Positions 12,914 through 26,140 of a stretch of 64,000 bases of DNA are shown here, piece after piece. The position numbers and the translations under genes were made by a program. Origin of the DNA: Octopus bimaculoides (taxonomy: Eukaryota); NCBI RefSeq assembly GCF_001194135.2, contig NC_068981.1:80115959-80179958 (forward strand). The letters run 5' to 3'. The notes under the pieces are model-generated. The model made no database searches. It saw nothing but the letters and a program-made list of their open reading frames with translations, and had not been told where the DNA came from. Position 1 is the stretch's first letter; the number at the start of each line of letters is the position of its first letter.

Positions 12914-13293
12914 GGAGGCGCAATGGCCCAGTGGTTAGGGCAGCAGACTCGCGGTCATAGGATCGTGGTTTCGATTCCCAGACCGGGCGTTGTGAATGTT
13001 TATTGAGCGAAAACACCTAAAGCTCCACGAGGCTCCGGCAGGGGATGGTGGCGAACCCTGCTGTACTCTTTCACCACAACTTTCTCTCACTCTTACTTCC
13101 TGTTTCTGTTGTGCCTGTAATTCAAAGGGCCAGCCTTGTCACACTGTGTCACGCTGAATATCCCCGAGAACTACGTTAAGGGTACATGTGTCTGTGGAGT
13201 GCTCAGCCACTTGCACGTTAATTTCACGAGCAGGCTGTTCCGTTGATCGGATCGACTGGAACCCTCAACGTCGTGAGTGATGGAGTTCCAACA
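12914..13293 (+). mobile_element. Young full-length ~380-bp tRNA-derived SINE
   Basis: Head ggaggcgcaatggcccagtggttagggcagc...tttcgattccc; tail ...ccaacaac; direct repeat acctatctaccta at 12901-12913 and 13294-13306 (within microsatellite); copies at 37.35 and 58.07 kb. Confidence 0.9.
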
Positions 13294-16200
13294 ACCTATC
13301 TACCTATTTGTGTGTGTGTGGTGATGGGTGGGCAGGGTACATTATTACGGTAATATTCTCCTGTCATCAAATTGTGCCTGGACAATGCCTCAAATAACAT
13401 ATTCATCCAGTCCATACATGCATGGAAAAATAAATTCAAAATGAATGAACGAATGTTGCAAGAGGGTGGAAAGACTACAATTGTGTATTTATCAATTATA
13501 ATAATGATGATAGAAAGAAATACAAATAGATCTTAATAGTATGGATTATATTAAAACCAATTCTTGTCTGTGTTATTAACAAAGCAATTGACTTTGAAAT
13601 AATGAAGATGAATTAATTACTAGAGTGCTATTTTGGGTGACAAGGAATGTGTGAAGCTGTTTCCTTTACTTCTTTTATTTATATTTATAAGAATTCTATG
13701 ACTGGAAGTAATCTACTTGTTTGCATTGATGAACGAATTATATCGTATTCCCCTGACCCCCTTTTTAAAATATTACATATTATGTACTTCAAGAACTAAT
13801 ATTAAACCAAAGAAACATGTTTCTAGTGAAAGGAGATAATAGTAACCTTTTAGATTAAAAGCGTGTGTTTTCTCAGCATGTAATAGAAGAATACTTCATT
13901 TATATAAGTCTATTTATATAACTAAAAAATATATAGTAAAATGAATACATTTTCTAAAGCAAAAGAAAATATTCCCTCATAATTAAAATTCTATTTTATA
14001 CTTTTTTTTTTTTTGGTGGAGGGTGGCAGTAGTAGATAAGAATTTGACTTGTGTATGTATAAATATTGAGATAGTCACTTTAGTAATAAATTTAAGGTCT
14101 TTTTATTCTTCCTTTTTGTTTGTTTGTTACTGCCAGATGGTTTTCTTTCAAAGAGATTTTGTCAAATGTCATGCATGTAAAGATGTAATTTTATTAATGT
14201 ATCCTGTCTAAGGAATCTTTAGTTTTCTCTCTCCCATCCCCGTTTTTCTGTTTAATGTCTCTATTTTCTATTTATACAATCTCTTTTCCATTTATTTCAA
14301 ATCTTTATTCTAAAATAACAAATGACAAATAAGATAATTCTATTGGCTGTAAATAATTTGGGATTCTAATGATGTGGAAATATTTAAACTTTTAAATATT
14401 TTGAATTCATATGTTCCATTGACTTATATCTTTGGGTTACAAGTTACTATTTTTATCATTGTGGGACTATGTGAAAAGTTTGGTAAGATAATTAAGTCCA
14501 CCAACCACTTGTTGGTACAGGCAGCTTTGTCTAAACTGTAAAATAAGTGTATGGTCTTTTTTTTTTCTTAAAAAAAGTTATTTATAGGAGGAGAGGAGTA
14601 TTGGTGACCTTTGCAGACCTTCTTTGAATGGTGAAATTAACACAATTGATGCCCATCTTAAGTATTTATTGGTCAATGTCTGATAGAGAACTAATGAAAT
14701 GGGGTTGGTCAGAGTGAACAACCAGTTCAGGCATCTTGAATTAAAATTCACTGTTTATGTTTCAGTATGTATAAAGTATACACTGTATACATAATTCTAC
14801 ATGCAACAGCTCATTTAACTGTGATGAATAAGTACCAGATCACACAGGAATATTATTGAGTTAGACTAGTGTCTCATTTAGGGAGAGATTTATATTATGA
14901 AAATATAGCTAAGTACTGATCCTTCACACATTCCTGAGACTTACAAGATATGCGAATCAATATATGGTTTTAACAAAATTTTGCTTAAATTTTTTATAAA
15001 TGTCTGATAATTAAAGTTGTCTTTAATTAGATACTCAATAATATTTAATTAGATGCTCAATAAACATTTTCGACATTTTACTATTTTAACAATGAGATCC
15101 ATTCCTCAGTGCATTCTGTTAGCATTATTTACTTTTATAAAATTATATTTTTCTTCTGAAGACTTTATTATTTACAGTATCTGAATAACTGAATGATCTT
15201 TACTTCCCGAATCTACTTCATTTGGTTAATTCTTCTTTCTAATTACTTTTTTCTAGTTTCTTAGATAACATATCAACTCTACTAACTTCTCTTAAACATT
15301 GGGTTTTTTTATAACCTCTTCAGCAGTGCATTTTATCTCAAGCTGAAAGAAATTAAATAAATAAGTTGTCAAACCAACTGATTCTAAATTGCTTAAGAAA
15401 CTTTAATCAGTCATTGTAATTCATGTTTGACCAATTTAAATTTGTATGATGTCTTAACCTGCATAGTGTTATTCAGTATGTGATTAGTGAATTACATGAG
15501 TTTCCAATTAGTTGAATCTGTAGACCAGCTTTAATTCTTGGTTGTAAGCCAGTTCACTTAATTTACGTCTAAAATGTTTGTTAAAATGGCATAAATGTCA
15601 CTAAATCTCATTTCCCCTCTATAAAAATTTCAGATGTTGTGCATCTACAAAAAATTGATATTGATTTGGTATAAAGCCAATTGCAGCAGAAGAGAAATAT
15701 TTAGTCAATTAAATTGAATTCAGTGTATTACTAGTACTTATTTTATAAGCCTTTATTGTAAAACCAGAAGGATGAAACTAAATCTTGTAATGTGTTTAGT
15801 CTACCCACTCGATCAACCAATGTCAACGACTGCTCTCAGAGATTACATTACTTATGTACTGTAATGCAGAATATATCTGTAAAGTTTTTTTAGCCAATAT
15901 TGTATGTATAGATAAATTTAAACACCATGTCTTCATATACAACATCTTTGTGGACAAACACACCAGTGTCATTTATTTCCTTTTAATCAGAGCATAAGTG
16001 ATGATATATTTAATTTATGGGTGTAGGAAATAAAGACTGAAAAATTTGAATGATCAGTGAACATGTTAATGAAGTTATGGTTGACTGAAATTAGGTCAAA
16101 ACTTAAGGAAAGTAGTTTTACTTTATTAAAACTGAAATCTAATTGCTTATTTGTTTATTTATTTTTATGCATGATAGCCTTTTATATGTCTTGTCTGCAA

Positions 16201-16525
16201 GAAGGATATTTTTAGTTAAGGTGTTGGTCTAGAAGAAAAGAATAAAGATAATAAATAGAAATAATAATAATAAAAGTTTAAATGGTTTCTAAATTGTATT
16301 ATCACTTCAAAAGTAGACCAGCCAATAAGAAAGCTTTAGAATCTTCTCTATTGGTAATAGTTTAGTAATTTCAAGGGCAATTTACAATTGTAGACAGTCT
16401 CTCTTATCTAAATTGCTCATGCCCCTCAGATTAGCCTCTTAGATATCAATGTCACTCTCTAATAAGGGTTTTTTTTTTAATTCATATCTAGTGAGCAATT
16501 GCTGATTTCTGAAATATTGATTTAA

Positions 16526-16930
16526 GGTGATGTGGTTAAGTTTCCTTCCCAACCACATGGTTTTTGGTTGAGTCCCACTGCATTTTGGACAAATATTTTC
16601 TACTAGAGTCCTGGCTCAACCAAAGCCATGTGAGTAGATTGATTCAGTAGACAGAAACAGAAAGAAGCCTGTCATATGTAAGTGTGTGTATATATGCATG
16701 TTTGTATCTCCTTGTCATGACATTATACAATAGTTGTAACCATTGTACAAGTGAGTCATTTCCATTCTTCCTGAAACACATGTCTGGCTGTGAGGAAATA
16801 CTATCTGACTTGGAAACAGGAGAGGTGGTAACAGGAAGGGCATCCAGCCGTATGAATCTGCCTCATTGAATTCTGTCTGACCCATGCAAGCATGAAAAAG
16901 TGAACATTAAATCTGTGATGATGATGATGA
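16526..16930 (+). mobile_element. Bipartite SINE: same head as the 1031 copy + tail module B2 ending in an RTE-like 3' end and (TGA)n
   Basis: ggaagggcatccagcc...cccatgcaagcatg...atgatgatga matches the RTE 3' end at 17.8-18.0 kb; similar copies at 10.4 (-), 24.6, 32.7 and 59.0 (-) kb. Confidence 0.7.
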
Positions 16931-17076
16931 TTTATTATATTCACTGGTTTAACCAATTACTATATCTTGTTGTTACTTACTGATTCTGCCATTGAAATAA
17001 TTGAAGCTAACATGTGTATTTAAATATAAACAAACGTTTTTTTTATATAAGCACCGAAATGTATATATAGATATAA

Positions 17077-17239
17077 ATAAGATAATTTATTTTCGAATGC
17101 AGAGATGATGTTAGAACAGCAGAAACATTGGGTAAATTACCCTTACAAAGCAGAAAAAATTTTCTTCTTAGGATAATTTACCCAATGTTTCTGATGTTCT
17201 AATGGTGTCTCTGCATTCGAAAATAAATTGCCATCTTAT
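17077..17239. repeat. Long imperfect inverted repeat (~70-bp arms), MITE-like hairpin
   Basis: aatttattttcgaatgcagaga...agaaacattgggtaaatta pairs with taatttacccaatgtttct...tctctgcattcgaaaataaatt. Confidence 0.85.
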
Positions 17240-17678
17240 GCTAGGTTACAGACAAAAGATGAACTTACGAGCAGGTAGTTAAATTCTCTTTACAATTATG
17301 TAGTTCATGGTTTAATCTCACTGCACAGCACATCAGGCAAGAGGGTTCTGATATATATGTTTTTTTAATTTTTACCATAACCTTCAATTGACCCAAGCTT
17401 TGTCAGTGAAATTTGATAGACAGAAACTGCGTTAGTCTGTCAGCTGGTACTTGTTCTTGAATGTTAGACTTATTCTGTCACCTGGTTTAATGCCACGACT
17501 TTGACTCTCTTTGCACGCATTCAACCTAGGTCTCTAGTTTCTTCTCTTTTTTCAACAAACCTTGAAGGTTTTCTGGGAGATTCATGGGTACTGCTGTTCC
17601 CCTTCTGATTAAGCCATACGAGTATCATAAGACAATTACTTTCTTTTATAGTTTTAATAGTCTTCACTGCACACGCAT

Positions 17679-17717
<39 letters not shown>

Positions 17718-17833
17718 AAGTACTGGAGTTGATTCATTTGACTAAAGATTTTTCAAGGCAATACCCGAGCATGGTCACAGTCTAATAACTGAAATGAGTA
17801 ATATATATATATACATACATATATATATATATA

Positions 17834-19566
17834 TCATCATCATCATCATCATCATTGTTTAACGTCCACTTTCCATGCTAGCATGGGTTGGACGATTTGA
17901 CTGAGGACTGGTGAACCGGATGGCTGCACCAAGCTCCAATCTGATCTGGCAGGGTTTCTACAGCCGGATGCCCTTCCTAAATCCAACCACTCCGAGAGTG
18001 TAGTGGGTGCTTTTACATGCCACTGGCACGAGGGCCAGTCTGGCAGTACTGGCAATGGCCATGCTGAAATGGTGTTTTTTACATGTCATCTGCACAGGAG
18101 TCAGTACAGCAGCACTGGGAAAGACCTCGCTCAAATATTTTGTTCACATGCTACTGGCACAAGTGCCAGTAAGGCAACACTGGTAACGATCATGCTCAAA
18201 TGGTGCTTTTTACATGCAACTAGCAGGGAAGCGAGATCGCTACTCTGACAGTGATCCCACTCAGATGGTGCTGTTAGCTCTCCACTGGCACGGGTGCCAG
18301 TCATCGAATTTGGTACAGTTTCAATCTCCCTTTCCCAACAGGTCTTTGCAAGCTGAGTTTAGTGTCCAATGAAGGAAGGTTGGCATGGGTGCTAGTCCTC
18401 GAATTTGGTTCAATTTCGAATTCGATTTCGATTTTACTTGCCTCAACAGGTCTTCGCAAGCAGGGTTTTGTGTCCAAAGAAGGAAAGGTACGCATAAGTG
18501 GGCTGGCTACACCCCTGGTAAAGGCCACGGGTTATGGTCTCATTTGCCTTGCCGGGTCTTCTCACACACAGCATATTTCCAAAGGTCTCGGTCACTAGTC
18601 ATTGCCTCAGTGAGGCCTGATGTTCGAAGGGCGTGCTTCACCACCTCATCCCAGGTCTTCCTGGGCCTGCCTCTTCCACAGGTACCCTCAACCGCTAGGG
18701 TGTGGCACTTTTTCACACAGCTATCCTCATCCATTCTCGCCACATGACCATACCAGCGCAATTGCCTCTCTTGCGCACCACAACTGATGCTTCTTAGGTC
18801 CAACTTTTCTCTTAAGGTACTTACACTCTGTTGAATATGCACACTGAGATTACACATCCATCAAAGCATACTGGCTTCATTCCTTGCGAACTTACGCATG
18901 TCCTCAGCAGTCACAGTCCATGTTTCGCTGCCATGTAGCATGGTTGTTCGTACACATGCATCATACAGTCTGCCTTTTACTCTGAGTGAGAGGCCCTTTG
19001 TCACCAGCAGAGGTAAGAGCTCTCTGAACTTTGCCCAGGCTATTCTTATTCTAGCAGCTACACTTTCAGCACACCTTCCCCTGTTACTGACTTGGTCACC
19101 TAGGTAACGGAAGCTATCAACTACTTCTAGTTTTTCTCCCTGGAATGTGGCAGAAGTTGTTTTCTGCACATTTTCAGTGTTTATTGCTCCTGAACATCTG
19201 CCACATACAAAAACTATCTTCCTAGTTAGCCTTCCTTTGATATTCCTGCACCTCTTATGTGTCCATAGCTTATGCTGGGTACATCTCATAGAGTTTCTAC
19301 CTACACCTTTTCTACGGATCGAGCAGGGCCATCTACCTGAAGGGGTTTGTGTTTTGTCTACCTTCCTACTTATTAGGACTTTGGTTTTAGCTAGGTTGAC
19401 TCTAAAGCCCTTCGATTCTAGTCCTTGCTTCCACACCTAAAACGTCTCCTCTAGTTCTGATAGTGACTCAGCAATTAAAGCAAGAGGAGCATAGAGGAGC
19501 TCCTAGGGGCATCCTGTCTTGAATTCCTGTGTTATTGCCTGGAGGACTATGATAAATAAGAGGGGG
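17834..19566 (-). mobile_element. 5'-truncated RTE-clade LINE (end of RT, C-terminal region, 3' UTR, (TGA)n tail), degenerate
   Basis: ORFs 18861-19436 (WKQGLESKGFRVNLAKTKVL...FRYLGD...YDACVRTTMLHGSETW) and 18540-18857 (LRWYGHVARM...RGRPRKTW); YADD region mutated; flanked on both sides by (TA)n. Confidence 0.9.
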
Positions 19567-20774
19567 TATATATATATATATATATATATATATAGGCAAC
19601 GATTAAAAGTTCCTTTTTTTCTGCAGCAATGTGTGTTTGCCATAAACCCACATTGAGTTAAAAAAAAAGGTTGGGGTGGAAATTTGCTAATACATTGATC
19701 ATTGTGTTTTAGAGACTTCTAATGAAGTCTTTGTTTTGATTTTTTTTTTTTTTTACTTAGATGTTAACAAAAATGCTGAAATACAAACAGCTGGTGATAT
19801 TTAAAGATGAGAATAAGTATGAATCATCTTACAGGAAAAACCTCTCATGAAAAGAGCCAGTTAGTAAAATAGAGGGTTTCTGTAGGCTGAAGAAAATGTT
19901 TCTCGTTCTACGAGGGGCAATCCTTGTAACATTCTTCAGAATGTTTCATAGCATAAATAACCTTTTTGAATGAAATTGGATCTGTAATTAGAGGATTTTG
20001 TTTATAAGGATGGTTTTAATTGGTTTAATGATTCCCCTGTTATCATGATTTTCATGGGAAATAATGCAGAATAAATTGATAGAGCTCTATTTAGCATCAG
20101 CAAAGGTGATCCTTGACTTTTAAGTTGCCAATAGGTTTAGGGAAAGAGAAAAGAAAATAATGCTATTACTAGATAGCTACATATTTGCATCATGTTTAAG
20201 GTAATTCCATTAATTAAAATAATATTGATGTTATGAAAGAGATAAGATGTTTTCCTGTTTTTCTTTTCTAATGGGAATTTATTTATTTATTTTTTATTCT
20301 TCCAAAAATGTATCTGAATGTTTTTGTATGTCATCACTGAAAGAATGTTAAAGTTGATATGATGTTTTGTCTTGTCAAGTAACTAGCTTCTCACCCTTGG
20401 TTTACTAAGGAGGTCTCTTGTTTTGAAGGATAGAGAATGTTCTGTTTCAAAAGACAGTAATTCTTTCATCCACCCACCACCCCCATTACAAGTTTAGTAC
20501 AGAGTGACAATTGCATGAATTAATAATGGTCTATCAAAATATCCAACCTTCAGTATCCTAATCTAATAAGTTTAAAAATCTCTAAAAAACAATTCTATCT
20601 GCCATCGATAGGTGTGGGCTGTGTAGTAAAAAGATTGCTTCCCAAACACAGTCTCACTGCTTGGCACCTTGGGCTGGTGTCTTGTACTATAACCCTGACC
20701 AGACAAAAGCTTCATGAGTAGATTTGATTGACTGAAACTGAAAGAAGACTGTCGTGTGTGTGTGTGTATACATA

Positions 20775-22062
20775 CAGGGTACGGTGAATAAACTGTCATA
20801 TAAATTACACAAAAAGAAAATAAGATTGACATCTCATTTTAACATATATATTTATCAAAATTACATAAAAATATCTTGAAATACCAAAGAGTAAATTTAT
20901 TTAAAATTGTCATTGGCTTCAACCACAGCCTCCAGACAACTTTAGCATTTCCTGAAACTCTTCTGGATGGTTTCCTTGTTTAAGTTGGTGAATGTTGCCA
21001 TGATCCTTGCCTACAGTTGATCTTTGATGTTACAAGGAATTTTGTTGGTCTCTTGCTTAACTGCACCCCACACATAATAATCAAGGACGTTGCAGTCTGG
21101 GAAGTTAGGTGGCCAGATGTTGGGGGTGATGTGGTCACAGAAATTGTCTGACAGCCATGACTGGATTCTCTTGCTTGTGTGGCATGGTGCAGAGTCCTGT
21201 TGCCAGATATAGGGTCTTCCAGCAGCCACCGTCTTCACCCAAGGCAGCGCTACCTCCTCCAGGCACTTGATGAGGCCTCAGTGTTGAATCTGAGGTTGTG
21301 TGGGAAGATGAATAGAAGCATAATGTTGCCATCACTAGTGATCACTCCAAACACCATGATGTTGACTGGATGTTTGATTTTTGTTATTCTCGTTACATAT
21401 TTTGGGGACACTCTAAGTCAACAGTTCTGTGTGTTCACAATCTGATCCTGGCAGAAATTTTTCTCATCTGAGAAAAACCAAAGCATGTTTGGTTGGAGGG
21501 GATGCTTGAGTTTGTTCAAAAGCTTCATAGCGCTCTCTTTCCTCTTGTCTTTGATGGCTTGGGATATAAATTGGCCCTTTCTCATCTTGTATGAGGAATA
21601 CTGAATGTCTTCATGCACACCTGCCTGGTAAGAAACTCACACACTCCTATGTCGCTGGCAATCGACCTGATTGACTTGGAGGGATCATTGTCAATCATAA
21701 CCTGGATCTCAGCAACAAATTCAGGAGTTCTCTTCTTATCAGAAGGATTAGAATGAGTTTTCTGAGCTGTCATACTTTCATAATCACCATTAGATTCATT
21801 CAACTCTTTCTGAATCCTCTGTGCTGTCCTCAGAATGACACCCAAACACTTTGAAATATTCATACTGGAGCTTTCGATATGACTGCTAAGCAATACAGCA
21901 TGTTGTTTCCAAATTTCTGGCAGAGTGAATTGCGTCATGGTGCTTTCTCACAGATGGTGCCTAACTGGCCCTACTATACTGTGTGATTGGCAAAATAAAA
22001 AACAAACAATGCACATGCGTGAAATTAAAAGTATAAAATGGCAGAAATTTACCCATCGCACC
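20775..22062 (-). mobile_element. Degenerate Tc1/mariner-superfamily maT (DD37D) transposon
   Basis: Fragments WFFSDEKNF and WQQDSAPCHTS...WPPNFPDCNVLDYYVW; 37 residues between the second and third D; frameshifts; degenerate TIRs; inserted in the microsatellite hinge of a bipartite SINE (head 20608-20752, tail 22066-22225). Confidence 0.85.
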
Positions 22063-22331
22063 ACATCTGCTTGACAACCGGTGTTGGTTTATTTATGTCC
22101 TCATAATCTAGCAGTTCAGCAAACAAGACTGATAAAATAAGTACTGGAGTCAATTTGTAGTATTAAACCTTTGAGCCAGTGTCCCAGCATGGCACTGTCT
22201 GATATTTGAAACAAGTAAAAGATAAAAGAATAATTGATCAAATGTTTTTCTTTTTGTGGCAGTGGAGGCAAATTTTATGAAGCTGTGTGGGTAAGAAGTT
22301 CACTACATAGTTGTGGGTTGTTTTCATTGTG

Positions 22332-22551
22332 TTAACCCTTTAGCATTCAGATTCAGTCAAATGCTTATTTATTCATATTGTTTTGGGTTAATCATGCATT
22401 ATCTCATAGCTTTGAGATTTCAATGGTGTAATTGTTTATTTTTAGAATGACCTTTTAAGGTAAGTATGAAAGGTTGGATATGGCCAGTTTGAACATAAAA
22501 TGGGTAGAATACTTTGACTGGATATGGCCAGTTTAAATGTTAAGGTGTTAA
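22332..22551 (+). mobile_element. piggyBac-like MITE (~220 bp, TTAA ends)
   Basis: ttaa-ccctttagcatt...aaatgttaaggtg-ttaa; homologous copies at 26816-27021 and 29810-30035. Confidence 0.75.
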
Positions 22552-23094
22552 TGTTGGTTGGCTGGCATTCTATACTATAGTTGCAAGTTGACCACTACTT
22601 TATGAATGAAATTACTTAACAGAAACTGAAAAAGCTTATGAGTGTGTGTGTGTATGAATGTATGTTTTATGTGTAATTGAGTTCATATTTCCCTCATTTT
22701 CATGTATTTTTGCTAACTGTAATCAATAGCTGGTCTCTCAGTACAGGTTGTGTCCTTTGCTTGCAGTCAACAATGAAAGTATGTCTGGGCTTTTTGATCT
22801 TGTGTGATCTTTGTAAATAAAAGACCCACTCAAGTATTTGTGTCTTTCCAGTTTACCCTGTAACTATCCCCTGACTGTTTCTCGTTTGATAGACAAGGGA
22901 ATTATTACTTTGCTTGAAAACAATTCAGACTTGATGACTAGAAGAGCATCAAGCTGTAGAAATCTGTCTCAAAGAACTCTGACTGACCCATGCATGCATG
23001 AAAAAGTGGGTGTTAAATCACATTGATGTATTCTTTCTTTTATCAATTATCTTTTATATTGTTTCAGCACCTTGTTAGGTTTTATCGAACAAAT

Positions 23095-23315
23095 TGATTC
23101 CAGTACTTAATTTTAAAGTTTGGTACTTATTCTATTGTTCTCTCTTGCCAAACCACTCAATTATAAGAAGGTAAACAAATCAACACTAGTTGCTAAGCAG
23201 TGGTGGGAGACACACACACACACACACACACAACTGGCTTCCACAGTTTCCATCTACCAAATTTACTCACAAGGCATTGGTCAGTCCAACGCCAAACTAT
23301 AAAATCCTGCCTGGA
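23095..23315 (-). mobile_element. Bipartite SINE (partial head + (CA)n + B1 tail)
   Basis: Reverse-complement match to the 1031-1350 copy. Confidence 0.65.
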
Positions 23316-25614
23316 AATGAACAAATATATATCCATATATGCATGTGTGTGTGTGTGTATGTGCGCATGCAATGGCATGTGGTCTTGTGTGTAGCATGTT
23401 GCGCTCACAATCATAAGATTAGGGTTTCAGTTCCCAGATCAGGTGGTGTGTTTTATTCTTAAGCAAGACACTTCTTTTCAATCCACTCAGCTGTAAATGA
23501 GTTTCAGCAACAACTGGGAAGTTTACCGTGTGATGGGCCAGCTGTTCAGGAGGAAGGTGTTGTTATCTCAGTTACTTTTATGCCATGAAAATTGGATTTT
23601 GTTCTGGCTTTATGAGTCTTAGGCTCACTGTAGACCTAATGCATTTAGTGCATTCGTTCTTTTGTCTTGAAATGAATTAGCTCAATATAGGATTTTCTTT
23701 TTTGCACATACTAATTACTAAAAATTAGAACAAACATTACATCCACTGATGTGCTAACTGATTGCACTGCAGAGACAATAGCGTTAACATTTAAAGTAAT
23801 TGATTGAGAGAAGAACCAGAGGACAGAATGTCAGTTTTTATCTTAATTTGATTATTACTATCTCTCTCTTAGCGTTCACTCCCTCCCCTTTCTCTCTGTC
23901 TCTTCTCTCATTCCCTCTGTCTCCTCTCTCTTTCCCTCTCTCTCTTACCCTCTCTCTATCTCTCTCACTAGCAAATTTTTTTCATAGCCATTTACTCTAA
24001 AATAAAATTGTATTGAAGAAAGATCGAATACAAAGCAATCAACCTATCACTGGAAGATCTGTGTTTATGTGTGTACATGCATGCCTGCATTACTAATAAA
24101 TGTGTGCTTATTACAATGCATTGTTTCTTTGATCTACCTTTAAAAGCATTCTTCTTCCTGTCTAATGCTAATGAAACTATAATAGCAGAAAGCAGAGAAC
24201 TAAAATGGCAATCTTTAAATGAAAATTTCTCCAATGCGTTAGTAAATGCCGTCCACATTGTTAGAAAGATAAAGTGTGCGTGATCTATATATTTATCATA
24301 ATATTAGATATATCATGTATATATGTGTATTAGAGTAATCATATTTGTTTTGTGTTAAGTAGGTGATGCGTGTTAGAACAGTCATATTTTTTTTAGTTAT
24401 GTGTGTGGGTGTGTTTATATTGAGTCAACCAGTTTGACTATATTAACTTTTAGACTAAAACCTATTTTAGAATTTTTAGAATTTATTAATTTTGGAGTGT
24501 GGGGGAAGTGTCTTTTAAAATTGTATATGATGAAGAATTTTAGTTTTTCAAATCTTTAAAATTACATATGTGCTTTGTTTCAGGCATAGATGTATGGTTA
24601 AGAAGCTTGCTTCCCTGCCATGTAGTTTCAGGTTCAGTCCCACTACACAACACCTTGGGCAAGTCTCTTTGGTTGGACTTTGCCAACCAAAGCCTTGTGA
24701 GTGGATTTTGTAGATGGAAGCTGAAAGAAACCAGTCATGTGTGTGTTTGGGTGTCTGTGTGTTCCCTTGTCTCAATGTTGAGTGATGTTGTCACCATTAT
24801 ACAAGCAATGTTGTTTGTTTTTAATCTTCCATGAGAAACATGTGGCCATGAGGAAATATTACCTTGCTTCTAAACAGGAGGATTGGTGACAGGAAAGGCA
24901 TCCAGCTGCAGAAATTTTGCCTCAGTAGATGTGAAAACGAATGTATTTTGCAAATTTGCAAATTTAGATCTTTCTATGCTTTTTGTTTTGACTCCATTGT
25001 TGGATTGTCTTATATCAAACAACCTGATATTTTGATATTTCTAATTACATGCAATATGCTGCAGTTGGATTTAGCTAATACTAAAAACAAAATTAAATGG
25101 TTCATTAAAAATAAGTGCTCCTCCAATGTGTTTTAATTTAGAAATTTTAAAAGTGCTTCTCCAATCTTCTCCAATGTGTTTCAGTTTAAAATTTAGATTT
25201 TTAACCAGGAAAGGATTTATTCTTATTTTATTTGTTCATTGTATATTTTCTACTTCATGACAATGGTTTCTGATGGTTATGCAAAAGACAAATTTCATTG
25301 CATGGCAGTGTTTTTTAAAACTTATTTTCAATGTTGCAGCCAGCTGAGTCAATTGCAAGTTGGCGTAATGTCTAAATGATTAATATATATATATATACAT
25401 ATCTTTTTAATCCTATCTTTAGTGCTGTGCTATTGTATCTGGCACCTCATCTCTCAAACACATGGCTCTCAGTGGCCTAGGTTATTGTAAATACATACCA
25501 TGGTAAAATGCTGTTTGTAGCTGATAGATGTTTCACTAGCTTACGTTACTAAACTATAATAATAATGATAATAGTAATTTCTTTTATTTTTAATAATAAT
25601 ATATTCACAGACAA

Positions 25615-26140
25615 GTCAGAGTAAGAACTTACATACACTGAAGTTGTGTCAGCACTATAGAATGCAGACAGAAAAGAGTTAGTATAGGCATATCTAGAAA
25701 AGGTCTCAGAAAATGATACTCTGAGATATGTTAATATACACAGATAGGGAGATAAAAACTAATTGATCAGATATTGTGGTCAAAAAACACCAAGGCAAAA
25801 AGTGCATCCTAATTGACATATCAGTCCCAAAAGATGACAAGGTATCTGTAAAAGAAATGGAGAAATTATCAAAATACGAAGATCTGGAAATAGAAGTAAC
25901 CTGAATGCGGGGCCTGAAAACAGAAACAATTCATATAATAATAGTTGTTTTAGGTCTGATCAAAAATGTGCAGACAAATACATAACCAAAATTCTTAGAC
26001 TTGTGACTACATATAACATGTAGAAAATAAAACTGCTAGGAACTGCACATAAAGCACTGTTGATACAGTAAAAATAACAGCACCAAAGCTAACTGTAGCA
26101 CATATCCAAGGCACACAGAGCTGCTTTTAGTAGTGCAGTA
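25615..26140 (+). mobile_element. R4/Dong-like non-LTR retrotransposon 3' fragment (restriction-like endonuclease), pseudogenised
   Basis: Piecewise translation IHTDREIKTN..DIVVK..KCILIDISVPKDDKVSVKEMEKLSKYEDLEIEV and KLLGTAH, typical of the RLE PD-(D/E)xK region; adjacent to (TAA)n. Confidence 0.75.

Noticed and set aside
12914-12990. tRNA-like sequence
   Set aside because: It is a SINE head continuing into a 380-bp repeated body with TSDs; no complete cloverleaf gene
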